Part shown: one piece after another, positions 27,844-41,881 of the stretch
How positions within the stretch are numbered: position 1 is the first letter of the stretch
Layout of the letters: each line of letters starts with the position of its first letter
Notes under the pieces: model-generated
What the model was told of the DNA's origin: nothing
The model's input: the letters and a program-made list of their open reading frames with translations, nothing else
Database searches by the model: none
Origin: Eledone cirrhosa
Lineage: Eukaryota
NCBI GenBank assembly: GCA_964016885.1
Contig: OZ024741.1
Location: 235,724,001-235,788,000 of the forward strand
Reading direction: 5' to 3'
Length of the DNA: 64,000 bases
Made by a program: the position numbers and the translations under genes

Positions 27844-28869
27844 ATCATCATCAGAGAGTTGTATACCTTTATTTATATAGACATTTCTAACCAAAGAAAG
27901 TATTCTACCCTTATATATGCATACAAAAGATCACAACATTTGGCTGGTCTATATGTATGTTTACTTTCATTAATCTTATGTAAAATGACAGTGTCGTGTG
28001 TGGTTTGTTGTCCTTCCTAGACTAGGAAGAAGACAATGTTATAACTGTGTGAAATTGGTGAGTTTGATATAATAATAGTTCAGCAATGGTTAGAGCAGTA
28101 ACACTAGCAATATGCTTGCCATTGTTGCTGTTTAGCTTCAGTTCAGACCGGGATTTCTAGACAAGGGATTAGCAACTTTTTTTCATATTGGCCTGCTTTT
28201 CACTTTTTTTTTTCGTCTTGCCCATGACTCACATCATCATCATTATCAACATCAATTTTGCACTTGTCGAGATGACTCTTAATCTTTATTGAAGACATCA
28301 CAACCTTTTTAGCAACATCATCACACCAACACTTCCAACACTACCACTACACAAACACTACTACGACACTACCACACTAACACTCCATTAGTGTTTGTGA
28401 CATGATAAAATGCACTCGGTAGTGTGCAGGAACATATGTAAGGGAAATGTAGGTCCTCAGCCCATCTGAGAGGTCAGTAGCTCCACATTGAATACTGACA
28501 TGGGTAACCCTTGCTAGCAGGGAAAGTGGACATTAAATGGTGATGATGATGGTTTTTATAATGGTATTTGTTAGGTGGATTATCACATTCCAAGTCAGTT
28601 CTTCAGAGTTACTCCCTTTTTATATGTGCCAAAAGACCACACCTTGCTTATATGTTCTATTTTTAGCATTGTTTCTATGGCTGGATGCCTTTTCTAACTT
28701 TAGTGAGTGTACTGGCTGTACATGTATATTATATCACATCTCACATATAAACATTTGGAAATGTCTAAGAACCACAGGGAACAACTCATTGAACTACTTG
28801 TGGGGCATGGCTCACCCATTGCTGACCCCTGTAGTTGACCTATCATCAAATGTCTTTCAGCTATGACCA

Positions 28870-29104
28870 TGTAGTGACCTACATTCCGCGGGCTCACATA
28901 CATTCTCTGTGCGTGATTTGGCTCAGCTCAGCCAATCAACGCCAGTAGAAGAGGATGTATCCCTACGTGCCCTGAGGGAGAAATTCCCCGCGAAGATTTG
29001 AAGAATCTCTCTCTCGCACTCGGAACTTCGAACCAGCAACACGTACAACATGTGACGGTGAGATTTTGCACTTTGGCCTGCCGGCTTTCCGGCACAATGG
29101 CACA
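28870..29104. mobile_element. CpG-rich 235-bp insert, possibly a solo LTR
   Basis: Starts TGTAGTG and ends ACA; interrupts a repeat motif seen intact at ~29635. No clear TSD. Confidence 0.3.
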
Positions 29105-29726
29105 TTCCGTATCCTGTTGTGTTTTAACTAGGACTACATTATCTAATGTGTTCTTTCTATTTTAAGTAAGGCTAACCTATGTAATGAGGTAATTCTTAAT
29201 TAAATTAAATTACACTTGTAATGAGAAGGCATGCCATTAGAGTTAATAACAATTCTTATCAATATAGGCAAGGGAGAGAATTTAAACTGGTTAAAAATTG
29301 AATGGAAAATAGCAATAAGGCATGAATCTAATGTTTGATTAGTATGGTAACAACCCTAGACATGTTTCTATTATATCAAATCATCTCAGAAACATTGTCT
29401 AACATATAACTACCTACTCTAAAATTACGTAAGAAGATATGATTTTTGTGTGAAAATTATTCATATTATAAACCAATTTAAAATATCTCAAGGATGCCTT
29501 CTGCATAAAGTTATCTACCTTAATTTTTCTGTCTAGAATTGTCATTAACTTAAACAACCTTTTCTCACCGTTGATTCACTAGACCAAGCATGCTAGCCTA
29601 TACTTAACTATATAGGGTTCTAACTATAGGGTTCCAGCCATGACCATCACATCCTTTATTCAGGCACCGTGTTTGTAAGACTAGAATCTCTAATGTGTCC
29701 AGTAGGGTTGATGAATATCCTCCAGT

Positions 29727-29950
29727 CGGGGCCAGATTAAGTCCTTTCGATTTCTTATGCATTTAGAAGATTATGGTCTCCGCCCCACATAAAATCGACA
29801 AAAATAATTTTGAATGACATATACATTTGATTTTAATATAATGGCACCCCTCTACTATTGATGTCCTAAGCATGTGCTTAATATAACGGTGCCCCTCTTT
29901 CTTTGATGCTCTAAACATGGTTATTTTGCTTAATAGTTAATCCAGCTCTG
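29727..29950. mobile_element. Degenerate hAT-like MITE
   Basis: Imperfect TIRs CGGGGCCAGATTAA / TTAATCCAGCTCTG. Confidence 0.4.
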
Positions 29951-30344
29951 ATATGTACCCCTTCTATTTTAGAACAGAAGGGTTAAGACTAGTTTTCTAG
30001 CCATGATCATCTCAGCTCTTATTCTGACATAGGGTATGTAGAACTACATTATCTAATGTTGTTGTTGTTTAACCCTATATCAGCTTTAACCAAGTAGATC
30101 AATGATATTTCAGCCATGACCACCACCCCATTACATTGTATCTAGAACTATGTTACCCAATGTTTCCTTAGTTTTGGGGTTGTTTTCTTTTTTAACAATG
30201 AAGTGTGATTTACGGGAGTTTTATCTCATAGGTCAAGGAGCTATATAGGTGTACATTTTACCTTGCCTGGGATTAAATTGTTCCTACAGGAAATGCAGTT
30301 TCTTCTTCATATCCTAACACATGACTGTGTTTTAAGGCTATTAA

Positions 30345-30564
30345 CACTTTAGCATTTACATTACTCTTATATACTATTGTATTTTTGTGGTAAAGCCTTT
30401 ACCTCACATAATTATCTCACATAATATCGAATCTATGAGATTTTGATATTATTAATTTTGAGAACAATAGCTTAACATCAGTATGAGTGGTCAGTTACAG
30501 CTGGTTTGAACAGAAAGAAGTGAGATAATTCTGGCCAGATATGGCTGGTTTAAATGCTAAAGGG
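30345..30564. mobile_element. piggyBac-like MITE
   Basis: TTAA|CACTTTAGCATTTA ... TAAATGCTAAAGGG|TTAC: 14-bp TIRs with TTAA-like flanks. Confidence 0.65.
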
Positions 30565-31714
30565 TTACCAAATCACGTAGAGGTGTCTTATTGGCTGCTT
30601 ATAAAGTTTGTAGTACCACACAATTCTTAAAGCCTATTGACACTCCCTACAATTTCAGGATGGTTGTCACAACTTCCTTGAACCTTTGTGCAGTGTGATT
30701 CCCAACATTTTTCAGAATATGGTTTCAAAATTTATGAGGACCACCAAATACAATTTTACTTTTAAAAGCAGGTAACAATCTCCACCCCAAATATATTAAT
30801 CTGGTTACATTTCTCAATGTTTTTTTTGTACATATTCCCCAATTTTCTCCAAATAAACTGTGACATGTGGAACAGAGTGTTGTGCTCCGAAAAAACACAC
30901 CAAAAACATCTACAGTGGATTTCAACTGATTATCCATGAACTGTTAATGTTATACATTACTCACTAAGTTATTCTGTCTGTACAAATATCAACCTAACAA
31001 TGAGGTTGATGTTGTTCTACCCTTGTAGACATTGGCTTTGGCAGAATTTGAACATGCAGAGAGCAGAGAGCTGGAACGAATACTGCAAATCATTGTTTCT
31101 AATGTTCTAACAACTCTGTCAATTCACTGCTTCAGTGATAGTATTGGGGCCCTGGGAACTTGTTGAGTAGTCAGACTTATCAAAGTTACTAGTGGGCTTC
31201 ATGGGAAAATTCATTTAAATAATGGTAGAGAAAAGGTTAGGGACTACTATCCCTTTGTGTATCAATCCTAGTATTTTTAAATTCAGCAAGTTAAAAATTC
31301 CTTAGGACAGCCACAAAATCCTTGTCATCACCTATGTCTCTATCTCCACATCCTCTCTCTTCTCATCCTCCATCTCTCCCTGTCTCTTTTTACATCTCCT
31401 CACTCTGTCTCTCTGTCACTCCCCCTCTCTCTCTACATACTTTCCCTCTAACACTCAATCACCCCCCCCCCTCTCTCTCTCGCTTCATACCCTCCCTCTA
31501 ACTCTCAATTGCACTCTCCCCATCTCGTCTCTCTGCCTCTTTGTCTTTCTATATATATTATATAAATATATCCTTCAAATTTTTGCTATTCTCTTAACCT
31601 GTTAATCCTGTGTATCTTTTAATGCTGCTCTTCTGTTAATCTCGTTAGTCTGTTAATCCCAATATTCTAGAACATTCATTCAGATAAAAGGCACTGCCTG
31701 TTACATGATCTATC

Positions 31715-32005
31715 AACTAAACCAAGCAACCACAATACTATCACCTACTCTAACTACTACCCTCTCTGTTACGTCATTCAATAAAACAAGCTATCACAAT
31801 ACTCTGACTTCTATCTTCACTGTTACTTCACTAAACCAAGTAACCACAATGCTATCACCTACTCTAACCACCACCCTCATTGTCACTTCAATAAACCAAG
31901 CAACTACAATGCTATCACCTACTCTAACCACCACCCGCACTGTTACTTTAATAAATCAAGCAACCACAATATATCACATACTCTTCCCTCCACTGTTACC
32001 TCATT
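31715..32005. repeat. ~60-bp tandem repeat, ~5 diverged copies
   Basis: AAACCAAGCAACCACAAT..CTATCACCTACTCTAAC recurs at a ~60-bp period. Confidence 0.8.
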
Positions 32006-32689
32006 AACAGTACAGGTACATCTCAGTAGTACAACCATATAAGTATATAAGTGATCCTTTACTTCATTGCCTGACCAGCTAGAAATAGCAGCTAAATAAC
32101 TTCCAAATCATACAACAAAGTCTCCATAAAATAATGTAGTCCTAAATACCCAATTTCTTAAAATAAGATTGAATATTCAAGGCTGGAATGTCTTTGGCCA
32201 TTGATTGGCTTATTTAAGACTGACATGGTGTTAGAAATAGCAGCCATATTTCTTGTGGCTGTAATAATAATAATTTGTGATGTCAAATGTGCACTATCAT
32301 AGTAGTGTACTTCTCTATATATACATATATCTACAGAAGGAATGCTTATGCAGAGTAAATCTTCCTTTAAAGTCATTGTCTGTTAGGCCTATGTGGTTCC
32401 TCGGGACACCATCTGGTAGTGTGAAGATGACTGTATATTCCACAGCCTTTAAGAAACAGGATCCTTCCAGTAGACACCTATGTGTGTGTGTGTGTGTGTA
32501 AAGGCCCATGGATTAATGGTCAGAGAGTTGTATTCATAATCATCAGGCGTGGGTTTGATTCCCAGAGCGGGCGATGCATTGTTTCTTGAGCAAGACTTAA
32601 ACACTTTATTTCACGTTGCTATAGATCATTCAGCTGTTATGGCAAGAGCTCAGCCGTTGGATCCTGGCTCTTTGTAATATACATATATA

Positions 32690-33182
32690 CCGTATTTGAT
32701 GGCTTATAAGATGGATAGGCTTGTAAGATGCACCTCAAAATATAAATGGGTTTAAACTATGAATGTCAGGTGAAGGGTATAAAGATTGTACATCGTATTC
32801 TTTTATCAACATTTTTTCATCGTAATTCTAGTTGTAATATTTTAGTACATAAGCATAAGGAAGTGTGAAAATAAATTTACTTTATTTTCTACATCGTATT
32901 TTTGTTGAAATATTTAGTACATTTTTAAAACAAAAGAAAGTGAAAGTAAATTCATTTTGCTCATCATAAATTTATTAAAATGGTAGCTATTGTTGGTGTA
33001 GACGCGATCGCCACCTTGTTTACATTTGCAGAGATGTTTGCGGTGTAATTTAAAGGATACTGCAGCACTAGAATTCCACTAGCCATTAACCCAAACTGAC
33101 CCTTGACCTTATAAAACTCAGGGTGATTTTCTGGGACATTTAAAAAAACAAAAATGTGCGTCTTATAAACCGTCAAATACAG
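32690..33182. mobile_element. Tc1/mariner-pogo type MITE
   Basis: TA|CCGTATTTGATGGCTTATAAGA ... TCTTATAAACCGTCAAATACAG|TA: TIRs with TA flanks. Confidence 0.75.
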
Positions 33183-33213
33183 TATATATATATTTATATT
33201 TACATATATATAT

Positions 33214-33300
<87 letters not shown>

Positions 33301-33340
33301 GTAACCCATGTGCAACCGCGCAGCTCTCCATTTTTCTCAT

Positions 33341-33407
<67 letters not shown>

Positions 33408-33436
33408 GTATTTGACGCGAGTCTACATGTTAACAC

Positions 33437-33524
33437 ATATCTGAGGAGCTTCCGATTCCAGAGTCAGGTTCGATCATTAATAGATCGTTTCTCGAGCTGA
33501 TCGATAGTGAAACATATGTAATAT
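33437..33524 (+). ncRNA. Hammerhead motif with an extended helix II (family P4)
   Basis: AUAU-CUGAGGA-[61 nt, ends gCU..CGAU / AUCG.AGU, inner CGAUC..GAUCG hairpin]-GAAA-CAUAUG-UA-AUAU. Confidence 0.7.
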
Positions 33525-33889
33525 ATAATTAAATATGTATATGACACAACACTGTTTCTTGGTTCAACTTTGCCTTTCATCCTTAAGGGGTCGATAAAAT
33601 AAAGTACCAGTAATACACTGAGATAATTGCTGGCCTTGTGCCAAAAGTAGAAACAATTATATATATATATATATATGTGTGTGTATGTGTGTGTGTGTGT
33701 GTACATATGCATGTGTGTGTATATATATATATATAGAGAGAGAGAGAGACAGGGGGAGAGAGAAAGAGAGAGAGAGAGAGACAGAGAGAGAGAGAGATAG
33801 GTATAGATATGGGTATGGGTATATGTAAGAGGACATTAATATGCACCAACTCTTTCCTCTGTCCATACACCTCTCATGTCTTAACACTC

Positions 33890-34325
33890 CCCTTTACCAG
33901 CTAAGTACCCTACCTTTTCCCCACCCTGCAAGGTGTTCAAGCTGATAACACAACAAAAGAGCCTAGTCTCCCCTGTAAGGTGATCATGCTAGTGACAAAT
34001 AAGCATCTAATCTACTCTTTACATTGGTCAGGCTGGTGACACAACAAAAAGTACCCAGTCCACCCTGTAAATGGTCATGTTTGTAACATAACAAATAAAC
34101 ACCCAGTCTACCTTCTAAAGTGGTCGTGTTGGTGATATGACAAAAAGCAGCCTGTCCACCCTTTAAGGCGGTTATGTTGGTGACACGACAAAAAGCACCC
34201 AGCATACTCTGTAAAGGGGTAGTATTGGTGACATGATAAAAAGCACCCAATCCACTCTGTAAGCTGGTCGTGTTGGTGACTCGATGATAAAGTACCCAAT
34301 CTAACCTGTTAGTTAGTCATTTTGA
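33890..34325. repeat. ~56-bp minisatellite derived from an internal SINE segment
   Basis: About 8 diverged copies of TGGTGACA..AAAAAGCACCCAG..CACTCTGTAAA, a motif also found inside S1. Confidence 0.7.
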
Positions 34326-34326
34326 T

Positions 34327-34360
<34 letters not shown>

Positions 34361-34457
34361 TTGTGTGGTAGCATGAAACATGCGTCCGTAGGTGGTATGC
34401 CGCTTGAGCACTCGATGCTCGCTCAGAGCAGAGAACCGGAGACGAATTCATATACTA

Positions 34458-34551
34458 AGCATATCTGACGACCTTTCGATTACAGAGTCAGGTTTGATCT
34501 CTAATAGGTCTTGCCTCGAGCTGATCGATAGTGAAACACATGTAATATGTT
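34458..34551 (+). ncRNA. Hammerhead motif with an extended helix II (family P4, second copy)
   Basis: AGCAUAU-CUGACGA-[61 nt]-GAAA-CACAUG-UA-AUAUGUU; homologous to 33437-33524. Confidence 0.7.
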
Positions 34552-34599
34552 ATGATGCAACACTGAATCCTTGTTCCTTATCCTTATAGTATATATATA

Positions 34600-35564
34600 T
34601 AAACGGAAAAAATGAAACGAAATTTCATTTCTCACTCTTAGTACGGCTGTTACTTAAATATAAGTATGTACACGTACATACATATATGTATACAGACGTA
34701 CAGTAGTATGTATATATATATACATACATGCATATATATATATATATGTACGTATGGATTTACCGAACATTTATTATAATGCTCGGTGTGTTTGTAAACA
34801 AACATCCCGAATTAAGCCGTACAGTGTCTAGCAACCATCGTTGCTCATTTGTTCAACACTGTCAAAGGAACGCTGTACTAGTTTCAAGCTTATTAGCAAC
34901 GTATACCTTCCTGCCAGATGATTGAACGTCTGAAAGTATATACTTTCCTTATGCATATTAACGGCTGAGCAGCCTAATTTGCATATCGAGTGAGTTAATT
35001 CGCCGGAAACGATAAACGGAAAAAATGAAACGAAATTTCATTTCTCACTCTTAGTACGGCTGTTACTTAAATATAAGTATGTACATGTACATACATATAT
35101 GTATACAGACGTACAGTAGTATGTATATATATATACATACATGCACACATATATATATATGTACGTATGGATTTACCGAACATTTATTATAATGCTCGGT
35201 GTGTTTGTAAACAAACATCCCGAATTAAGCCGTACAGTGTCTAGCAACCATCATTGCTCATTTGTTCAACACTGACAAAGGAACGCTCAAGACGTTCAAT
35301 CATCTGGCAGGAAGGTATACGTTGCTGACGATAGCTAATAAGCTTGAAACTAGTACAACGTTCCTTTGTCAGTGTTGAACAAATGAGCAACGATGGTTGC
35401 TAGACACTGTACGGCTTAATTCGGGATGTTTGTTTACAAACACACCGAGCATTATAATAAATGTTCGGTGAATTCATACGTACATATATATATATGTGCA
35501 TGTATGTATATATATATAGATACTACTGTACGTCTGTATACATATATGTATGTACGTTTACATA

Positions 35565-35570
<6 letters not shown>
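34600..35570 (-). mobile_element. Non-coding Penelope-type unit (family P5): tandem plus inverted pLTR copies
   Basis: 34600-34875 is repeated at 35013-35287, and 35290-35570 is an inverted copy. A further fragment lies at 52789-53068. Confidence 0.8.
35319..35361 (+). ncRNA. Minimal type I hammerhead ribozyme
   Basis: ACGUUG-CUGACGA-uAGCU aaua AGCUu-GAAA-CUAG-UA-CAACGU, GUA cleavage triplet. Confidence 0.85.
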
Positions 35571-35620
<50 letters not shown>

Positions 35621-36178
35621 TGCAGAGAAAGAGATAGACAGAAGAAAGGGAGAGGAAAAGAGTGATAGAGGAAACCCAAATTAACCATACATACACATTC
35701 GACTACACATGCTAATGAATTTCGTGTGATTATATATGTTACACATATACACACACGTGTGTCTATCTAGTCATACATACATATTATAAATATCCACACA
35801 TATCCACATATATACATATGTGTGTGTATATGTGTGCTTTTTTTCTTTTTCCTTTTTTTCTCATTTGTCTAACATTTTCTTCTCTCTTAAAAACATCTTC
35901 TCTCTGTATCTACTTTCCAATGACAGACTAATGTCTGAAACGCCTAGACTCATTTATAACTTGTTTTAAACGTTAAACTGATTCACATTCTATTATTGTA
36001 ATGTGTTGTTCTCAGCTACTATATTTTTATAGTTTTGATTTGTTTTCTACATACTTATGTTAAGAGAGACAATTGCGCCTGCACATAACAACTCAGGAAC
36101 TTCAAGCAAGATCTACATTATAGAATAGCCCTCATATCAGGGACTTTTCTGCTGCTACATTTTAAATTAAGACTCTGA

Positions 36179-36572
36179 AATGATTTAGCAGAAATTATTT
36201 TAAAATAGGTTTGTTAATTCAAATGTTTATAGTATGTTTACAGTTAGACAGATAATTGTGAACATTTTCAGTATTAGAGTAAAGACATTTTAATATGATG
36301 TCATAGTGCTGTTTTGTTCTTTTCAAGAATATCTTGTTAATGTAATTTTAATCAGCACAAAATGCTAAGATAATATCCTGTAATGATTTTGCAGGACATA
36401 TCTAAAAATGGGTTTGTTAATTCAAACGTTTATATTATCTTTACTAGTGGACAGATTGCTGTAAAAATTTACAATATTAGAGTAATCATTCCAATGTTCA
36501 AAGTGATATTGTTGTTTTGTACATTTCGAGAATGTTTTGCTAATGTGGTTTCATGTGGTACAGGATGTTAAG
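36179..36572. repeat. Diverged ~200-bp tandem duplication
   Basis: AATGATTT.GCAG..GGTTTGTTAATTCAAA at ~36179 and ~36382. Confidence 0.7.
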
Positions 36573-37230
36573 AGTTAAATAACCATAGTCCCACCACATT
36601 CAGGTCATCATGCTACAAACAATGTCTCATTGGTGTGTATGTCCTTCCTGTAAGGTAGCAAGTTGTATAGCAGCATCTCTGAACAGGTCCACCCATGCAT
36701 CCACTCACTGATGTGCCATGTCCTCTCCTTTCTCTTATACCACTACTACAATGGCTTGTGTTCCTTTGAACCAGTAGGCTGCACACACACACACACACAC
36801 ATACCACCACCACCATTCATACCCAGTTAATCTACTCATCCCTCGCTTCCCCCTCCCATCACTACTAGTGTTTCACTAACCCTTCTTCTACAGAATGTCA
36901 TAAACACTTTTCTACACAATCATGTCTCCCCAGCACTGCTTCCCACTGGAATTCTCTCTATTCCAGCCTTCTATATGTTCCTATTTTTCTCTGAAGACCC
37001 CCCCCCCCCAAAAAAAAAAAAAACTCAACATCAACCACATCAAACTCATCAGTCTGGGATGACCTGCAAGAGGTCATGGGCACAGCTTTCCTTCTCTGTC
37101 TAATTAATTAAGCACACAAACAAACACACATACCACTAATTAAATATACACTCCTCAATAATATATACATACTTTTATTAGAATGCTGTTGAAGTATGTA
37201 TACATTTTTTTGGAACTCCCTGTATGTATG

Positions 37231-37282
<52 letters not shown>

Positions 37283-37292
37283 TATATATATA

Positions 37293-37334
<42 letters not shown>

Positions 37335-37373
37335 TCACTGAACCACCTATGCCATATATATATAAATATATAA

Positions 37374-37416
<43 letters not shown>

Positions 37417-37499
37417 TACACACACAAAAACTCAGGCTTGGCAGACACACACACACACAGTCACACAAAGTGACCATTCTATGACAGCAGGTGCAAGGG

Positions 37500-37578
37500 T
37501 GGTGGAAGTGGCGGTGGTGGGTGTGAGTTGTGTGTAATTACGTATATATGTATGTGTGTGTATTTAAATGTTTGCTTG

Positions 37579-37651
<73 letters not shown>

Positions 37652-37775
37652 TGGTGGTAGTGGTAGGGGGTCTGTATATGTGTGTGTATACTACATATGT
37701 TTAAATATCAGCTAGTATCTGTATCAACGTATGTATGCGTATACGTTTGTCAATATGTGTGTGCGTAAGTTTAAA

Positions 37776-37815
<40 letters not shown>

Positions 37816-38116
37816 TGTGTATGTGACAATATATGCATATGTATCCACACATATATATATATACACGTGTATATGTGTGTAAGTATACGTCTATGTTCGT
37901 GTGTGTACTCATAGGTGAGTTTCTCTATTTATCAATGTGTGTGTATGTTGGTTTATATGTATGTAGGTGGAGAAAGGTGTTATTATGTATGTATGTATGT
38001 ACATTTGTGTATGCGTTTGGTTGTGTATGTTAATGAGTAATATAGTAATGTATGTGTCAGTCAGTCTTTATATAGGTCTGTGTGTGTGTTTGTATTTTGG
38101 GAAGGTATATTTATAT

Positions 38117-38157
<41 letters not shown>

Positions 38158-39986
38158 TGTGTGTGTGTGTATATACAATATATATTTATATCAATATTAG
38201 ATATATCATATATATATATATATACATTTTATACATACATATATATACACACACACACACACACATATATATATGTGTGTGTTTAATATAAATATATACC
38301 AATTTTTACATATCAGATATGTGTATATATATATATATGTATGTATGTGTATGTATATATGTATATATATGTATGTGTATATATAAAGTGTGTGTATGTA
38401 TGTAATAAAGAATACATATAATGTAACATATAATATATGTACATATATATATATATGCGTATGTATATGTGTGTGTGTGTGTTGGTGTGTGTACGCGGCG
38501 AGGGGGTGTTTTCATTGTTATTGTTGCTGTTATTGTTATTGTTGTCAGTATGTCGGTGAAATGAGGTCTTGAGAGTGTAGTGAGGAATGGAGGTCGACAT
38601 GGTATAGTAGTGGTGGCGGTGGTGGCGGTGGTGGTGGTGGTGGTGGTGTTTGGGTGTTGGTGGGGATGGTGGCTCTGTTGTTGATGTGATGGGGGGGGGG
38701 GGGTTAGTGGGAATGGTGGTTGTGTTGTTGTTGGTGTGATGAGGGTGGTGGTGTGGTGGGAATGGTGGCTGTGGTGGTGGTGTGTTGATGGTGGTGGTAG
38801 TGTGTTGATGGTGGTGGTAGTGGAGGGAGTGGTGGTGAGGGGTGGTAGTGGTGAGGGTCGTAGTGGTGGTGGTGGTGGGGGGGATGGTTGCTTTGTTGTT
38901 GATAGTGGTGGTTGTGGTAGCAGTAGTGATGGCATGATGGGGTGATGGCTGTGTTGTTGTTGGTGTTGGTGTTGGTGGTGGTGGTGGTGAAGCGATGGCA
39001 GTAAAGGTCTGGTGTAGTATGTAGTCATTGCGGGGTGGTGGGTAAAGATGGTGGTAGCAGTGGTGCTGGCGTGATTATGTGCTGGAATGGTGGTGGTGGT
39101 GGTGATGGTGGTGATAGAGTGAGTGCTGGTTTGTCAGGTAGTGGTGTGGTGTGAGGCGTTGAAATATCAGTAGTGAAGGTGGTGGTGATGGTGGGCATTT
39201 GGTGGTGGTTGTGGTGGTGCGGGTGGTGGGGCTGGTGTTGGTGGTAGTGGTGGCGTGTTATGTTGAAGGTCATGGTGGTGGTAGTGGTAGTGGTGGTGGT
39301 GGTTGTGGTGGAGGTGCTGGTAGTGATAGTGGCAGTAGTGTGTTGAGGATAGAGTTGCTGTTGTTGGCGGTGGTGACGGGGTGGGGGTGGGGGTGGGGGG
39401 GGGGGTTGAGGGGTGATGGGGGCGATTATGGTAGTGGTGCGTTGTGTCAAGAGAAATGATGGTGGTGGTTGGGTGAACAAGCTTGCAGCAATGGATGGGG
39501 GAGGTTGTGGAGAGGGTATACAGAATAAGGGAGATAGAGGAAAATAACTAAGAAGAGAGAGAAGTGAGAAGGGAGAAATAGAAGAGAAAGAGAGAAAGGA
39601 CTAAAAAGAGAGTGTATGGGTGAACAACAGTGAAAGAAACTGAAGGAGAGAAAGAGCAGATGAGGTGAGAGAAAAAGAAATAGAAAGAGAGGAAAGTAAG
39701 AGAGGGGGAAATTAAGTAGAGAGGATAGGTGCAATAAGATTGAGATGGTCAATAGATTATACAGAGTAAAAGATAGTTAGATAGAGAGGCTAGGGTTGTA
39801 GTGGGAGGGATGATAGTAAAAGATAGCTGAGAGACAGAGAGAAAGGGAGAGATAGAGCTAGAGAAATAAAAATAAAAGAGAGACACCAAAGACAGAAGAG
39901 AGAATAAAGAGGAAAGAAAAGGAAGACAAGAGTACAGAGAGAGAGACATAGTTTACAAGTTGGCAACAAAGTGAGTGAACTAAAAC

Positions 39987-40020
<34 letters not shown>

Positions 40021-40085
40021 AGTATGTATGTATATATATATATATGTATATATATATGTATACATATATGTGTGTGTGTGTACAT
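37500..40085. repeat. Low-complexity tract: TA/TG, (GGT)-rich 38580-39480, AG-rich 39500-39950
   Basis: Directly visible; G-run cluster at ~39378-39422. Confidence 0.9.
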
Positions 40086-40144
40086 ACGATAATGATTTGC
40101 GAAAGCCAGATGTAGAAATTCATAACTCATTTTATTAAGTGTTC

Positions 40145-40225
40145 GCAGTAATACATATTTCTGTAACGTTCGCCATTATGCAATGCAGTATTTACGCAAC
40201 CTCGAACACGACTTCATCAGACAGC
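40145..40225 (-). ncRNA. Hammerhead motif downstream of a Penelope-like ORF remnant
   Basis: GCUGU-CUGAUGA-[..GUUCG..CGAAC..]-GAAA-UAUGUA-UU-ACUGC, with one mismatch in helix I. Confidence 0.58.
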
Positions 40226-40317
40226 TTCTTAAAAAGTAACAAAGTTGTTATGTAACATTCGTATTTCAATACGAGTGATACACACACACACACACGCATA
40301 TATATATATATATATGC

Positions 40318-40368
<51 letters not shown>

Positions 40369-40369
40369 T

Positions 40370-41881
40370 GTATCAACAGTGACATATACAGGTACTTAAA
40401 TTTCGTTGGGTTATTTACTCCAACTCATTCAGCCTGTCATAATATAAAAATAGCTCCCAACCGTGAAGGTTTTAGAAAGTATAGGAGAGTTCTAAGGGCA
40501 GATAATATACTATACCTTAAATTTTATAATTAGGTAATTATAAAAAACACAAAGGTAGGTAACTTTTGTTTCGCAAAGTTACTAACCTCACCCTTAATTT
40601 GAAAAGTTGATAAAAAATGATTCTGGTCCAGATGTTCCAGAACAAATTTCACTTCGTGAGGACAACGATTAAAAGAGTCAAGCCGCGTATTCAAGCAGCG
40701 TTTCCATGAAGACAACTGTGAGAGTATATTCCACTTTTCAGCTACATAGCTGCCAAAATATCGCCTCATTGTTGTAGTGGGGGCGGAGATCTTTCCAGTA
40801 TCCCTCATTTAATAGGGAACGCTGTGCTATAATGTTTGACATTCCACACCCTGTTCGTGAGCCGAGTGGTATGATTTTTGTAAAGATGTTTGAAGTTTGC
40901 TTTATGGTTCAAGAAACAGCTTTTAAACCGGCTCTGACATTCCTACATAAGTCCAGGCATCTGTTTGGTGGTTCTGGTTGGTGGAGGTCACTTCTGCTTC
41001 ATATATCACTACTGGAGTGTTGCATTGTTGCTCCAGGGCGAAAGCATCTGGCCTTCTACATGAGCATCTGTAAGGTGGAAGGAAATCTTTTGCATTTGTT
41101 GATGACGAGGGATTTCATGCTTCTGGTACAAGGGTAGCCTATTTTCACCGTGTGACAGTTAAATATTTGCTGGTGTTTATGGTCTATATAGATTTGTGAA
41201 TCTAAAAGTGCTAGGAATTTTCTCCGACTTTAGTCATAACATTGAGCGCGATTCACTCGACGACTTTATTTCTCGATTTTTTCTTGGTTGATACAGGGCG
41301 GTGATCTGGAGAGTAAGAGATTTTCTCGGAGAAGCCACTGTTGCTTAGGGCTGAGTTGTAGTAAAGGGCCGCCCTGTCAAAGATAGCTTTACTAGAAAGA
41401 GGTTGGATAACCTCTTGCTGATCTCATTAATGAGATTTTTAAAGACTATGGGAGTGGCTAGAGTCCTTATGAATATACTTAATTATTTCAATGGATTTGT
41501 GGAAGGGTCTGTATGTGTATGTGTGTAGGTCTATGTTAATATCTAGGAAGTTAAAGCTGGTGAGGTTGGTGGACATTTTTTCTAAACGTGTCGAGGTCAT
41601 GGCCACTTTTATGACTCGATAGTGCCAGACCATCATCACGATATAGACCCGTATGGAAGTCAGGGAGTCTAAGTTAAAAAGGCCCAGCAAATCGCATACA
41701 TCAGCATTGTCGAATTATTCCATCGGCACATAGAATAGGTCATTGTTAGTGGATTTCTTTATCCAGGGGTCCTCACTATTAAAGAGGAGAGTTTTTCTAC
41801 AGTGGGATATTACTAAACAGACTAAATCGTGTATATTGGTGAAATTGCTAGCGAAATCCACGGCCTTATAAAGTAAGGTCC

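Noticed and set aside
31705-32007. 100-aa Thr-rich ORF with 20-aa periodicity
   Set aside because: Explained by a 60-bp tandem repeat; there is no independent coding or splice evidence.
35912-35950. Further hammerhead-like traces (also ~8260-8300 and ~54935-54980, minus strand)
   Set aside because: The core is mutated (CAAUGA, CAAA, CUAAUGA) and helix I is unconvincing, so these were not counted.
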